From the NCBI GenBank assembly GCA_046759465.1, contig JBHICH010000005.1, positions 1 through 55,869 of the forward strand: a DNA stretch of 55,869 nt, given 5' to 3'. Positions 8,768-17,705 of the stretch are shown here, in pieces. Numbering within the stretch: the stretch's first letter is position 1; the number at the start of each line of letters is the position of its first letter. Source of the stretch: Nitrososphaerales archaeon. GTDB taxonomy: Archaea > Thermoproteota > Nitrososphaeria > Nitrososphaerales > UBA213. The position numbers and the translations under genes are program-made. The notes under the pieces are model-generated. The model was not told the DNA's origin. It ran no database searches and saw only the letters and a program-made list of their open reading frames with translations.

Positions 8768-10285
8768 TTATGTCAGATAAAATGTCATGTACATTATATT
8801 ATCCTCTCCATCTGAAGCTAGTACGGTATAATATCCAGACGCAATTGGCAAGCAGTCAGGATCATTAGGATTAGTTGATATATCACAAGCAGGATTGCTA
8901 GGGTCAGGCATCATCGTTGGAATCTGTACTGTCACAACGTCACCACTTGTAATTTCGCCGAGTCGCGTATACGAATTATCAGGGTAAATCCAATCAACAC
9001 GATATGGGTATGGGTCATTGGTAGTAACCTTCACATATACAGTTTCCCCAGCGCTTCCTTGATTTTTGTCACCAAGAGAGACACCGCACCCCTTATCAGT
9101 AACTGATTTTATACAGGCAAAAAACGCAGACCCTGACTTAGAACTTAGTATATCGGTAACCAAGACGGCTTGATACGGTATTGTCTGTGCATAGGGCTGC
9201 CCATTTTCAAATTCAGCACGTGCGATCACGAAGAAGAAACTCATCTCAGAAGCGTCTGGGTTCCATCTAGGATCGAAGGTACCGATATCTCCATTCAAAT
9301 CACAGAAGGTTAAGTTGGTCCATCCTGCTTCTGGATCTGGATTGCCGAAAACATTTGGAAGAACAATCGGATCAGAATCATAATACTGGCTTACGGTGCG
9401 ACTTGCCACGTCAGACTTACAAATGAAGCCAGTTGCCTGACTGAAACTCACACCGCTGCTCATTGTTAATACGACACCTGTATGGTGCAATAAAGTCATG
9501 TCCATTCCAGATTGGTCTTTATTTCTCACCCTCATTGTCATGTATGTGTCCTCATCTGCAGGAAAACGAAATGCTGGATATCCTTCAACACCTTTCACGT
9601 TGATTTCCCAACCTGCCTGATCAACTCCATTTCTCGCCTGTTGATTTGGAAATATTACTCCCAATGAGGTGTAATTCAGGATTATCGAGCCAGTATTTTG
9701 TGCCAGTGTACCTTCGCCTCCTCCTCCGCCAAAGCCAGCAAATGCAGATGTGCAATCGTCACAATCCTCCAATGCTTCCGAGAGTTCTCCGGGCGAGAAC
9801 AGTGGTAGAGGTGGATATGTTGTGCTCTGAATATTGCCCCTCTCGCTAATGATATCTATCCTGTAAGGTTCAGGAGGGTCTGATAGAAATGTAATATTCT
9901 GATCAATGTCACCTGTATTGATCACCTCGCTAAGGGCTGGATTGATAGTTAGTGGATTTCCACCGATGAGTGGTGCTCCTTGTAATAGTGGTATAGAATT
10001 TTGATCATATACTATAAGGTAAGATGCGGTCATTGGAATTGGACCGATATTATTTAGTTGAATCTGAATATATTCATCATCATCAGTAAGGTCAGCGAGG
10101 GAACGAATTTCAAAAACCTCTAGCAATTTCTCGTTCTTGTATGATTGAGCCTCAAGTTCGGCCTTGCTTTTTGCATTCTCTCCTTGCACTAAGGAAAAGA
10201 AGAAGATAGCTACACTACTGAACAGTATTGCTGCAAGGAATATGCCACCAATTATACCAGCTACACCTTTCTTTTCTTTCCTCAT
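8768..10285 (-). CDS. large extracellular/surface protein with archaeal type IV pilin-like (class III) N-terminus
   Basis: 505-aa ORF. The N-terminus MRKEKKG|VAGIIGGIFLAAILFSSVAIFFFSL has a basic stretch, then G, then a hydrophobic helix. The rest is Thr/Asp/Gly/Pro-rich with a GGGGGEG linker. No known catalytic motif was seen. Confidence 0.65.
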   Translation of the reverse strand: MRKEKKGVAGIIGGIFLAAILFSSVAIFFFSLVQGENAKSKAELEAQSYKNEKLLEVFEIRSLADLTDDDEYIQIQLNNIGPIPMTASYLIVYDQNSIPLLQGAPLIGGNPLTINPALSEVINTGDIDQNITFLSDPPEPYRIDIISERGNIQSTTYPPLPLFSPGELSEALEDCDDCTSAFAGFGGGGGEGTLAQNTGSIILNYTSLGVIFPNQQARNGVDQAGWEINVKGVEGYPAFRFPADEDTYMTMRVRNKDQSGMDMTLLHHTGVVLTMSSGVSFSQATGFICKSDVASRTVSQYYDSDPIVLPNVFGNPDPEAGWTNLTFCDLNGDIGTFDPRWNPDASEMSFFFVIARAEFENGQPYAQTIPYQAVLVTDILSSKSGSAFFACIKSVTDKGCGVSLGDKNQGSAGETVYVKVTTNDPYPYRVDWIYPDNSYTRLGEITSGDVVTVQIPTMMPDPSNPACDISTNPNDPDCLPIASGYYTVLASDGEDNIMYMTFYLT

Positions 10286-10673
10286 TTAATCACCATTATT
10301 CAAGCAGGTTTGATCAGCATCTGATTGGCTAATTATGCTTGTTCCCCATGCACCCATGGTCATTAACTTTGTCATATCATATTATTAGATTTGTGCAGAC
10401 GGAATATGTATAAGAAATTCGTTTTGCAATTACAATCACAAACCTTGCGTACACGTCATCATGATAGAAATGAAGTCTTGTCGATTCTTAACATAAGTTG
10501 GCAGCAAGTATTTCTAGTCGGCAACCTTTTTAGGCATACCAGTAATGGATTTACTTTCGAATGCCTCGTCAACATTATATGTTCAAGACTGCATTCTGCA
10601 ATACTTTTTTATAGAATAAAGTAAAGGATCTTAAACCCAGCCTCTCAAATAGACTTTTACAAATACTTGAGTA

Positions 10674-11468
10674 ATGCCCACTATAATTTCGGTAGCAAAC
10701 GAGAAGGGAGGGGTCGGTAAGACAGATCTCTCGGTAAACCTCAGTTCCTGCTTAGCTCGAGCAATAAGCAGGGAGATTCTGCTAATAGACCTTGATCCTC
10801 AAGCAAATACAACAAGATACCTGATTAAAGAAGAAAGTGAACTAACTTCAGCAGACCTCCTTATAGATCCAGCTATTAACATCGATGATCTAGCGATACA
10901 AACCAACGTGCCCGGACTCAGTCTGATACCAGCAAGCAAAGGCCTGAGTGCAGTACAGTTACGCATCGCAACAGATGCTGACATGCAGTTCAAGCTGAAA
11001 CGTAAGTTAAGTCTGCTAACAGATCGCTATCAGCTGATTTTCATAGATACACCCCCATCGTTAGGAGTACTAACGATAAACGCTCTGGCAGCTTCCAACT
11101 TCGTGATTGTTCCAGTGCAAACACATTACTTCCCCCTATACGGATTAAGTGATTTAATGGAAACTATTGACAAGCTCAAGTTTGAGATCAATCCCAGTTT
11201 AGAGCTGCTCGGCATAGTGCTCACCATGTATGATAAAAGAACACGAATAGCAAGAGAGATCGCAGATACGATAAGAGAGAGGTTCGATGGGAAGCTATTT
11301 TCAACAAAGATACCGGTTTGCGTAAAGACCGCCGAATCTCCTAGCCATCATAAACCCGTGATGACCTATGCACCCTCAAGTTCAATTACTCAATCCTACA
11401 AGTCATTGAGCGAGGAGTTTCTGAAATGTCTAGAAGGTTGCAAGATAACCCCTTGCACAATGAAGTAG
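10674..11468 (+). CDS. parA: ParA/Soj/MinD-family partition ATPase
   Basis: 264-aa ORF. It has the deviant Walker A NEKGGVGKTD, the Walker A' LLIDLDPQAN, and the Walker B-like IFIDTPPS. Confidence 0.9.
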   Translation: MPTIISVANEKGGVGKTDLSVNLSSCLARAISREILLIDLDPQANTTRYLIKEESELTSADLLIDPAINIDDLAIQTNVPGLSLIPASKGLSAVQLRIATDADMQFKLKRKLSLLTDRYQLIFIDTPPSLGVLTINALAASNFVIVPVQTHYFPLYGLSDLMETIDKLKFEINPSLELLGIVLTMYDKRTRIAREIADTIRERFDGKLFSTKIPVCVKTAESPSHHKPVMTYAPSSSITQSYKSLSEEFLKCLEGCKITPCTMK

Positions 11469-11653
11469 CAAGGCGAAAGAAGTCGCATCCTGACAGATAC
11501 CTTAGACCATTCTTTAAAAAGAATGTTACCCGAGATTATTCGCCCTGCTGTCCAAAATGTTTTCAACAACTATTTCAGGATCATGGGGACGAATACGTGT
11601 GGTGCGATTGCGGGAAAAGTTACCAGCTAGTGGAGATGGATGCACCACAGTGA
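11426..11653 (+). CDS. basic N-terminus + zinc-ribbon small protein, overlapping the parA 3' end
   Basis: 75-aa ORF whose start lies 43 nt inside parA. It has an Arg/Lys-rich N-terminal half and then CCPKC...CDCG (a 4-Cys ribbon). Confidence 0.5.
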   Translation: MSRRLQDNPLHNEVARRKKSHPDRYLRPFFKKNVTRDYSPCCPKCFQQLFQDHGDEYVWCDCGKSYQLVEMDAPQ

Positions 11654-11893
11654 TGTGGAATGAAAGAAAATCAGTGTTATCTCCGTAGTATTGCTTAAGC
11701 TCGACTCCCTGTAATCTTCTAATTTGCATCTTTTATGTGCAGAAAGATATTTTAGATGAAGGAAGATTTTGGTTATTACGTGGATTTCTAATATTTGTTC
11801 AAAATTTAGCGGTCCTAAAAATACTACTGTACAATATAGATTTCAAATCCAGAATACTTAACTTCTTTGAAGTGATAAAATACTTGTAGGGCG

Positions 11894-12019
11894 ATGAGGA
11901 GGTCACGTCGCTGTGCATATTGTAACAAGCCACTATCGGTAGAAGAGCTTCCAACTCACAATGAAGCATGCAAAGTCATCAATGAATTGATAGATAAGTA
12001 TGACAACATTGCGAATTGA
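11894..12019 (+). CDS. 41-aa CxxC...HxxxC mini-ORF (not in ORF track)
   Basis: MRRSRRCAYCNKPLSVEELPTHNEACKVINELIDKYDNIAN. It competes with the antisense ORF 11933-12127. Confidence 0.3.
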   Translation: MRRSRRCAYCNKPLSVEELPTHNEACKVINELIDKYDNIAN

Positions 12020-12086
12020 CTGAAGGATTCTTCCTATCATCAAAAAGCCCACATTGCATGGTCTTATAACTATAGAGATAAGTGTT

Positions 12087-12350
12087 TTACGTGTAGCATG
12101 AATATCCCTGCGCCTTAATCTTGTCAAAATAATATTCTGATATCACTAGATCAAGACTATTCATTATCTCATATCTGATCTTATTAGGAAGTTCTATCAG
12201 ATAAAGCTCATGAGCTGAAAGAGGAAGTTCGAATCTAAGCATAAAAGGACTTTTCCCACAATTATCTTTATTGTATGTTATTTCCAGACTTCTTAGTTTG
12301 ACCATTTCTAAATTATTGGTCTTTGCCATGGGCCTGTGTGTTAGACTCAA
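12087..12350 (-). CDS. hypothetical small protein
   Basis: 87-aa ORF in an AT-rich, gene-poor stretch. No recognisable motif. Confidence 0.3.
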   Translation of the reverse strand: MSLTHRPMAKTNNLEMVKLRSLEITYNKDNCGKSPFMLRFELPLSAHELYLIELPNKIRYEIMNSLDLVISEYYFDKIKAQGYSCYT

Positions 12351-12572
12351 GTGGATAAATAATAAGCATTATGCACAAGTAATCTATATTCATAATATAC
12401 ACTCATCTTCTATATTCAATGAGAATATTTAGTATCGATGGAAGAGCTGCGCATTTTAGAAATTTAGAGATTGATTTATTTTGCGTTGAATTCGAACCAT
12501 AACTATTAGAAATAAATATTTCGACTCGACAAGGTTTAATTTTCTTTCATTATCAACTTATCACAGGGAAGT

Positions 12573-12701
12573 ATGGAAGAAATTAGACCGCAAACAGTGC
12601 GCAAACTTGTTTTTTGCAAGGCTTGTGGATGCGTCTATATCAGAATAGGCTCTCCCAGCTGTCCTGCATGTAAAAACGGCTATTACGACGTGGTTGAATG
12701 A
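12573..12701 (+). CDS. 42-aa zinc-ribbon mini-protein (not in ORF track)
   Basis: MEEIRPQTVRKLVFCKACGCVYIRIGSPSCPACKNGYYDVVE has CKAC...CPAC pairs. A GGGAAG motif lies just upstream of the ATG. Confidence 0.45.
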   Translation: MEEIRPQTVRKLVFCKACGCVYIRIGSPSCPACKNGYYDVVE

Positions 12702-12804
12702 GGAGTTGGGTTAGTCCGCGTTATCAAATAGATAACAGATGAACTAGCGATCTTAAATTTTACGAGCAGATTTAGAGGCACATAGTCTTAAATGATTCTC
12801 AATT

Positions 12805-13410
12805 TTAGAATTCAATCATGTAGGCACTTAGCATGGAAAATACTATGAACATGTTGGTTGCAAAGTGTGCGGAGTATGCATTGTTCAGTCCATGCTTATC
12901 GTAAATGTACTTGTAGATGAAGCCTACGGGGAGCAGTGCTAATGCAATGTGGACCTGTACACCCATAGCTATGTGCAGGAATGCCCATAACACAACCAAT
13001 ATCTTTTTCTTCCTGAAGTACATTTCTTCATAATAGTTTAGATGCAATAGCATGTAGATCAGTATAGGAATAAACGGTATTATCCCAAAGAAGCCTTGGT
13101 CCCCAAGAGGTCCTAATGCTATATTGTACCCCAACCATCCCCAGTTCAGTATCGGTACAGTGTTTAGATGCTGCTGTACGAATAATGCATATGTCATCAA
13201 GATTGCAATTGTTATCGGTGCAAACTTGAATCCCCTGACACTGGAGAGAAGTATCCTAACTCTTCCTTTAGTCTCCTTGGCAACTATTAGCGATGACGCA
13301 GCAATAATCACATAGTATGCGATGGCTACCTCGTTCAACAAATCCGTAAAGCTGCTAATATTATTAAAGGTAGTGAAGACATAGTAGAGATTATAAAATA
13401 ACTGATACAT
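12805..13410 (-). CDS. CPBP-family (CAAX protease-like) intramembrane glutamic endopeptidase
   Basis: 201-aa polytopic membrane ORF. It has the three CPBP motifs in order: EEMYFR (EExxxR), FLH (FxxxH context) and HFATN (HxxxN). Confidence 0.7.
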   Translation of the reverse strand: MYQLFYNLYYVFTTFNNISSFTDLLNEVAIAYYVIIAASSLIVAKETKGRVRILLSSVRGFKFAPITIAILMTYALFVQQHLNTVPILNWGWLGYNIALGPLGDQGFFGIIPFIPILIYMLLHLNYYEEMYFRKKKILVVLWAFLHIAMGVQVHIALALLPVGFIYKYIYDKHGLNNAYSAHFATNMFIVFSMLSAYMIEF

Positions 13411-13419
13411 TATAGATGT

Positions 13420-13893
13420 ATGGTGAATGAAGGCGAGCTAGCAGAGGACTTTGAACTGCGATCAAACAAAGATGAGCAGGTCAGTCTGACTTCATTCAAG
13501 AACAGAAAGAATGTGGTTCTATGTTTTTATCCGAAGAACCACATGTGGGGCTGTCCCTCAAAAAAAGTATTCGAGCAGGCAAAGAGTGTAGTCGATAACT
13601 ATGAGCGCATAAAGCAACTGGATGCTGAAGTGTTTGGCATAAGCGTTGATACCGTAGAATCACATAAAAAGTTCGCCGGGGAATACAATATACCTTTTCA
13701 GCTGCTGAGTGACAAGGATAAGAAAGTTTGTAAGCAGTATCCTGGGCTTAACATATATGGCCTTGCAAAGAGAACCACATTCATAATAGATAAGGAGGGC
13801 AACGTTGCAAAAGTTTTTACGCAAATTGATCACAAGTCGCATGGAGAAGAGATCATTGCTGCTTTGAGCACTATTGCGAAGCGGGTCCCTTGA
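13420..13893 (+). CDS. AhpC/TSA (Bcp-like) thioredoxin-fold protein with atypical active-site context
   Basis: 157-aa ORF with the overall Bcp pattern (VVLCFYPKN...GISVD...KKFAGEYNIPFQLLSD). The peroxidatic-Cys motif reads HMWGCPS rather than T-P-G-C-T. Confidence 0.7.
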   Translation: MVNEGELAEDFELRSNKDEQVSLTSFKNRKNVVLCFYPKNHMWGCPSKKVFEQAKSVVDNYERIKQLDAEVFGISVDTVESHKKFAGEYNIPFQLLSDKDKKVCKQYPGLNIYGLAKRTTFIIDKEGNVAKVFTQIDHKSHGEEIIAALSTIAKRVP

Positions 13894-13896
13894 TCC

Positions 13897-14322
13897 TCAC
13901 TCGAATGTTTTGTCTATAAGAGATTTTGTCCTAAGATATTTTGCCATGTCTGAAACCGTTACAATCCCTACAAGTTTTCCATTTTCAAGTATAGGCAATC
14001 TGCGGATCTTGTTGTTGAACATTCGCTGCACAGCTGTCTCTATTGGCACATCTGGCCCAGCCCAGATAACCGGACTTGACATGACATCTTTCAAAGGAAT
14101 CTTGCTGCTCGGGTTGTCTTTTGTGCATACGTTACGAACCAGATCCCTTTCAGTAACTATACCAACAGGCTTGTCATTAGTAACGATAACCAGACTTCCA
14201 ATCTCATGTTCAGCCATAAGCTTGGCGGCATCTTGCGCTGTTTTATCATGATCGATCGTGATAACCTTCTTGATCATTATATCGTTGAGCCGTTCCATAC
14301 GCTTTAACTGTTTAGTAAGCAC
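13897..14322 (-). CDS. CBS-domain pair protein
   Basis: 141-aa ORF with two CBS repeats (IMIKKVITID...GSLVIV; VMSSPVIWAGPD...RRLPILENGKLVGIVT). Confidence 0.85.
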   Translation of the reverse strand: MLTKQLKRMERLNDIMIKKVITIDHDKTAQDAAKLMAEHEIGSLVIVTNDKPVGIVTERDLVRNVCTKDNPSSKIPLKDVMSSPVIWAGPDVPIETAVQRMFNNKIRRLPILENGKLVGIVTVSDMAKYLRTKSLIDKTFE

Positions 14323-14444
14323 ATAAAAAGTTAAACTGATGCTACACGAATCAAATTAGATCAACATATGCTATTAATTTCTGCAAACGATTTTTAGGTT
14401 TACTAGCAATACCCTTATATCTCACAAAAAATAGGCTAGTCTAA

Positions 14445-15488
14445 ATGAAGTGTGTTCAGTGCTTCGGAATAGCAGCTGGTATGTTGTTGCTTCTATCAGG
14501 CGTGTTTGCGAATGCAAGCGCACTACGATTGCAACCAACTGAAATCACTCTCGATATTTCGTCTTTGGAAGTTAATCTTAATGAGACTGTAACATTTACT
14601 GGTACTTTGGTTAACTCCAACACAGGTGAAGGCTTGCAGGGCAAATCCATAACGATATACATGGAGGGGCCCATAGTACCAGAGCGTATAGCACTGGGGT
14701 TGACAGGTATTGACGGGGCCTTCTCAACAACATGGGTTACAACCTTGGATATGAACAGGGACAGATTGGTCACTGTATTTGCGCAGTTCAATGGTGATGC
14801 TCAAGCAATGGCATCACGAACTGGGAAGACGACTTTAAGGGTGGCATTAATACCGATCAACCTTGAGATAACTACAGATGGAAACAAGAACAGATACTTC
14901 GTAGGTAAGACAGCATTTTTCAGTGTTGCGTTCTTTGATGGAATGGGTAACTTTCTTGATCCAGATGTCATCAAAGCAACATACGATAGTATCTTCATAT
15001 CGTTGAAGAGAGAGGATTTAGGAAGGTATACTTTTCAAACACCAAGACTGGTTACCTTCGCGCAGCATCAGTTTGGCGTATTTGCCGGAGGCTTTGGCTA
15101 TACTTCTGCACAAGAGTCGCTTACAATAACTGTTTTTGGTGCTGAAATAGCAAAACCAATCAGAGCTACTGCTCTTAAGATCGGAGACGATATTAGTGTC
15201 AGAGTGAAGAATCATATGCTGAGCCCTCACGATATCTACACATTCAAGGGAAAGTTTATTGGAGCATCTCCCACAACGGGTTCGAGCACTAACTGGCAAT
15301 TCACTATTGAAGCCGGCACAGATTCATTTGCTTTCAAATCGTTGGTGAAATCTTTGCCACCAGGTAAGTTCACTTCGTTTAAAGTAAAGGTCGAGGGTTC
15401 TCCCGCAAAGATGCTGTGGAAAGCTTTTGATCTCCATGGCGAAGAAGTTGCTGCTGGTGCTACTACAGTTAGAGCAAAACGTGCTTGA
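14445..15488 (+). CDS. secreted protein of unknown function (beta-rich)
   Basis: 347-aa ORF with a signal peptide MKCVQCFGIAAGMLLLLSGVFANASA. The composition is Thr/Gly/Val-rich and Ig-like. Confidence 0.7.
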   Translation: MKCVQCFGIAAGMLLLLSGVFANASALRLQPTEITLDISSLEVNLNETVTFTGTLVNSNTGEGLQGKSITIYMEGPIVPERIALGLTGIDGAFSTTWVTTLDMNRDRLVTVFAQFNGDAQAMASRTGKTTLRVALIPINLEITTDGNKNRYFVGKTAFFSVAFFDGMGNFLDPDVIKATYDSIFISLKREDLGRYTFQTPRLVTFAQHQFGVFAGGFGYTSAQESLTITVFGAEIAKPIRATALKIGDDISVRVKNHMLSPHDIYTFKGKFIGASPTTGSSTNWQFTIEAGTDSFAFKSLVKSLPPGKFTSFKVKVEGSPAKMLWKAFDLHGEEVAAGATTVRAKRA

Positions 15489-15662
15489 CGAAGTCAAATA
15501 TCATATAATAATTTTTCCAGCGATTGAATGTTGTGTCCCTGGCTTTGCTCCTTGTTCCTATAGTTTCTGTATGGGCATATTAATTACCAAATAGTAAGTA
15601 GAAGTAACAATTGGCTAGTTTTAAAGTATTACTTACGAGATAAGAAAATAGGTCAGCGAGAA

Positions 15663-16343
15663 TTAACTCTGCCTTCTATAAGCCACAAATTTCATGCGAT
15701 AATAGTCTTCGTAAAGACGTATAATTGAATAATTGATAAATTCTGACATCGTAATTTCTGAATTCATCTCTTTACAGAACAAAGCATAGAAGCCAAGCAC
15801 CTTAGGCCACAAATTCACCGTGTTTGGAAACTCGAGGTCGGACCTATCAGGGAACAAGAACACTTCTCCATCAGAGAATGTCGCACTATGAAGAGCATCT
15901 TTTGATACTTCTGCTCTTTCCATCTTTCTTAGCTGATTCTTCAGTGTCTGCAGCAGACGCAGGATCTTAGGCTGCACAGAAGGATCAACCGGGAGGTCTT
16001 TACGTGCGTATTTTTGTAATAACTCCGTTAATTCGTATATTTCCTGGGTATACAGCTCCGCTACCGGTGCAAATCTTTGTTTCGCATTACTCTTTTTTAG
16101 CAAATCTTTGAAATCATCTGGCAAAATCTCGCGAATATAACTACTTGCATACGGACAGTCCACACATAAACGCGCGCATATCCGATGGCGCTGATGCTTG
16201 TACTCCTCGGTTTCGGCAAGCGCATCGGCCGCTTCTAAAATAAGATGTTTTACATCCTTCGTAGTCTTATCGTTTATTGCCTGAACAATGTGCCTGTACT
16301 GCTCCCATTCAGTTGATGATTGTCGATTGAGGTTTGACATCAA
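15663..16343 (-). CDS. hypothetical protein
   Basis: 226-aa ORF with normal protein-like composition and no recognisable motif. Confidence 0.6.
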   Translation of the reverse strand: MMSNLNRQSSTEWEQYRHIVQAINDKTTKDVKHLILEAADALAETEEYKHQRHRICARLCVDCPYASSYIREILPDDFKDLLKKSNAKQRFAPVAELYTQEIYELTELLQKYARKDLPVDPSVQPKILRLLQTLKNQLRKMERAEVSKDALHSATFSDGEVFLFPDRSDLEFPNTVNLWPKVLGFYALFCKEMNSEITMSEFINYSIIRLYEDYYRMKFVAYRRQS

Positions 16344-16415
16344 TTGTAAGCGAATTGAACTAGTATTAAAAAATTGCGTATCGACTCTATAGTGACTATA
16401 GAGCTCCGAAATTAA

Positions 16416-17171
16416 CTATGATACCAGCATCTTTTTTAGCTCTTTGTATTCTTCTTTGGTTATTTCGTCTGTTGCCAATCTGAGTTTGAGCAGAAGAAGA
16501 GGATCGTGTATTGGTTTTATCTTCTGTCCTTTGCATTCACCGCCCTTATCTTCTAATTCTTCCTTCATTCCATCGCTGCTACATATCATTTTGAACATTT
16601 TACCTTTCTTTCTCACGTAAGCTACAAACGGCAACTGATCTGATGCTATGAACACACAGGTTATAGATTTACGAGCAGCATTAAATCCAAGCCTTCTGCT
16701 GGCAGATGCAGTATAGAAAGATACGATACCTTGCTTTTCAATGTTAAATGCATTATCTCCTCCTATATTTGCACGATACGAAGCCATGCAAGGCAAGTTG
16801 GTTCTGATGTGAGAAGCAGGCTCTAGTGCGAACCCCTTTGCACTCAATATTTCTTCGTAGTATTTTTCTTTCCTAATCAGCCCTCTTGTTTTTTGTACTT
16901 GCCTATACGCAAGGACGGCAGAGCACTTCATGTATTTCTGCAACTCCTTCCCTTTCACCAACAACATTATTTCAGATGGATAATCTAATGCTCCTCTTGG
17001 ATTATCAAGGGTATCATAATATACATGATGGTACTTTACGTCTTTGATATGTAATTGCTTCGTCTTCCCTATGTATGAAATATCTGAAACATAGTCGTCT
17101 AGGCTGCTATCGATCTTTACCATTCCTTTCCACAACGGCTTTGCTATCCCTTCGAAAGTGACCTTTGCCAT
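16416..17171 (-). CDS. hypothetical protein with SHOCT-like C-terminal tail
   Basis: 251-aa ORF. The C-terminus LLKLRLATDEITKEEYKELKKMLVS matches the short SHOCT oligomerisation motif. The N-terminal domain is unknown. Confidence 0.6.
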   Translation of the reverse strand: MAKVTFEGIAKPLWKGMVKIDSSLDDYVSDISYIGKTKQLHIKDVKYHHVYYDTLDNPRGALDYPSEIMLLVKGKELQKYMKCSAVLAYRQVQKTRGLIRKEKYYEEILSAKGFALEPASHIRTNLPCMASYRANIGGDNAFNIEKQGIVSFYTASASRRLGFNAARKSITCVFIASDQLPFVAYVRKKGKMFKMICSSDGMKEELEDKGGECKGQKIKPIHDPLLLLKLRLATDEITKEEYKELKKMLVS

Positions 17172-17311
17172 TATATCACCTTGTTAGCATCCATATTGTT
17201 GGGCCCAATGCTCACGGCTAAATTCACTGTCATGACAGAATCTAGTATCAATTACTACAAGTCCACTATTTAGCAACTCCGTGTTTAGAACTTTCCGCAC
17301 CCTGTAAGATA

Positions 17312-17387
17312 TGGGCGAGGAGGGATTCGAACCCTCGACCTTTGCTGTGTGAGAGCAATGTCCAAGACCAGGCTAGACGACTCGCCC
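17312..17387 (-). tRNA. tRNA-Val (anticodon CAC)
   Basis: Manual cloverleaf: acceptor GGGCGAG/CTCGCCC, D arm GTCT..GGAC, anticodon arm TTGCT-CTCACAC-AGCAA, variable loop AGGTC, T arm GAGGG-TTCGAAT-CCCTC, discriminator A. No intron, and CCA is not encoded. Confidence 0.92.
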
Positions 17388-17454
17388 GAGTATTGACGAT
17401 TTTTACAATCTATTTTACCTTTGCTAAGCGTTAAATTGCATAAATAACGAAAAT

Positions 17455-17622
17455 TTACTTCTTAACACCTAGACTTCTGTTCTTCAAGCGCAGTTGATTA
17501 CCATGACACTTCCTGCACCTGTAAGCACTGATAGGATTCCTTGCACCACATTTGAAGCAGATCTTGAAGAACAGCCTTCTCTGTTGTGCTATCTGCTTCT
17601 TGAAAGCATCAGTTATCGGCAT
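17455..17622 (-). CDS. rpl40e: 50S ribosomal protein L40e (not in ORF track)
   Basis: Manual translation gives MPITDAFKKQIAQQRRLFFKICFKCGARNPISAYRCRKCHGNQLRLKNRSLGVKK. It has the characteristic L40e CxxC...CxxC ribbon and basic tail. Confidence 0.85.
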   Translation of the reverse strand: MPITDAFKKQIAQQRRLFFKICFKCGARNPISAYRCRKCHGNQLRLKNRSLGVKK

Positions 17623-17705
17623 GCAGGGACATAAGCATAATCGTGATTTTTACCTTTCTATTGCCCTAGAGGCAATAAAGTCGCAGCTGTAACCGCTAAA
17701 TTGCT

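Noticed and set aside
11933-12127. 64-aa minus-strand ORF in the AT-rich spacer after parA.
   Set aside because: It overlaps both the 41-aa CxxC ORF on the plus strand and the 87-aa ORF on its own strand. It has no motif and its composition is typical of AT-rich noise.
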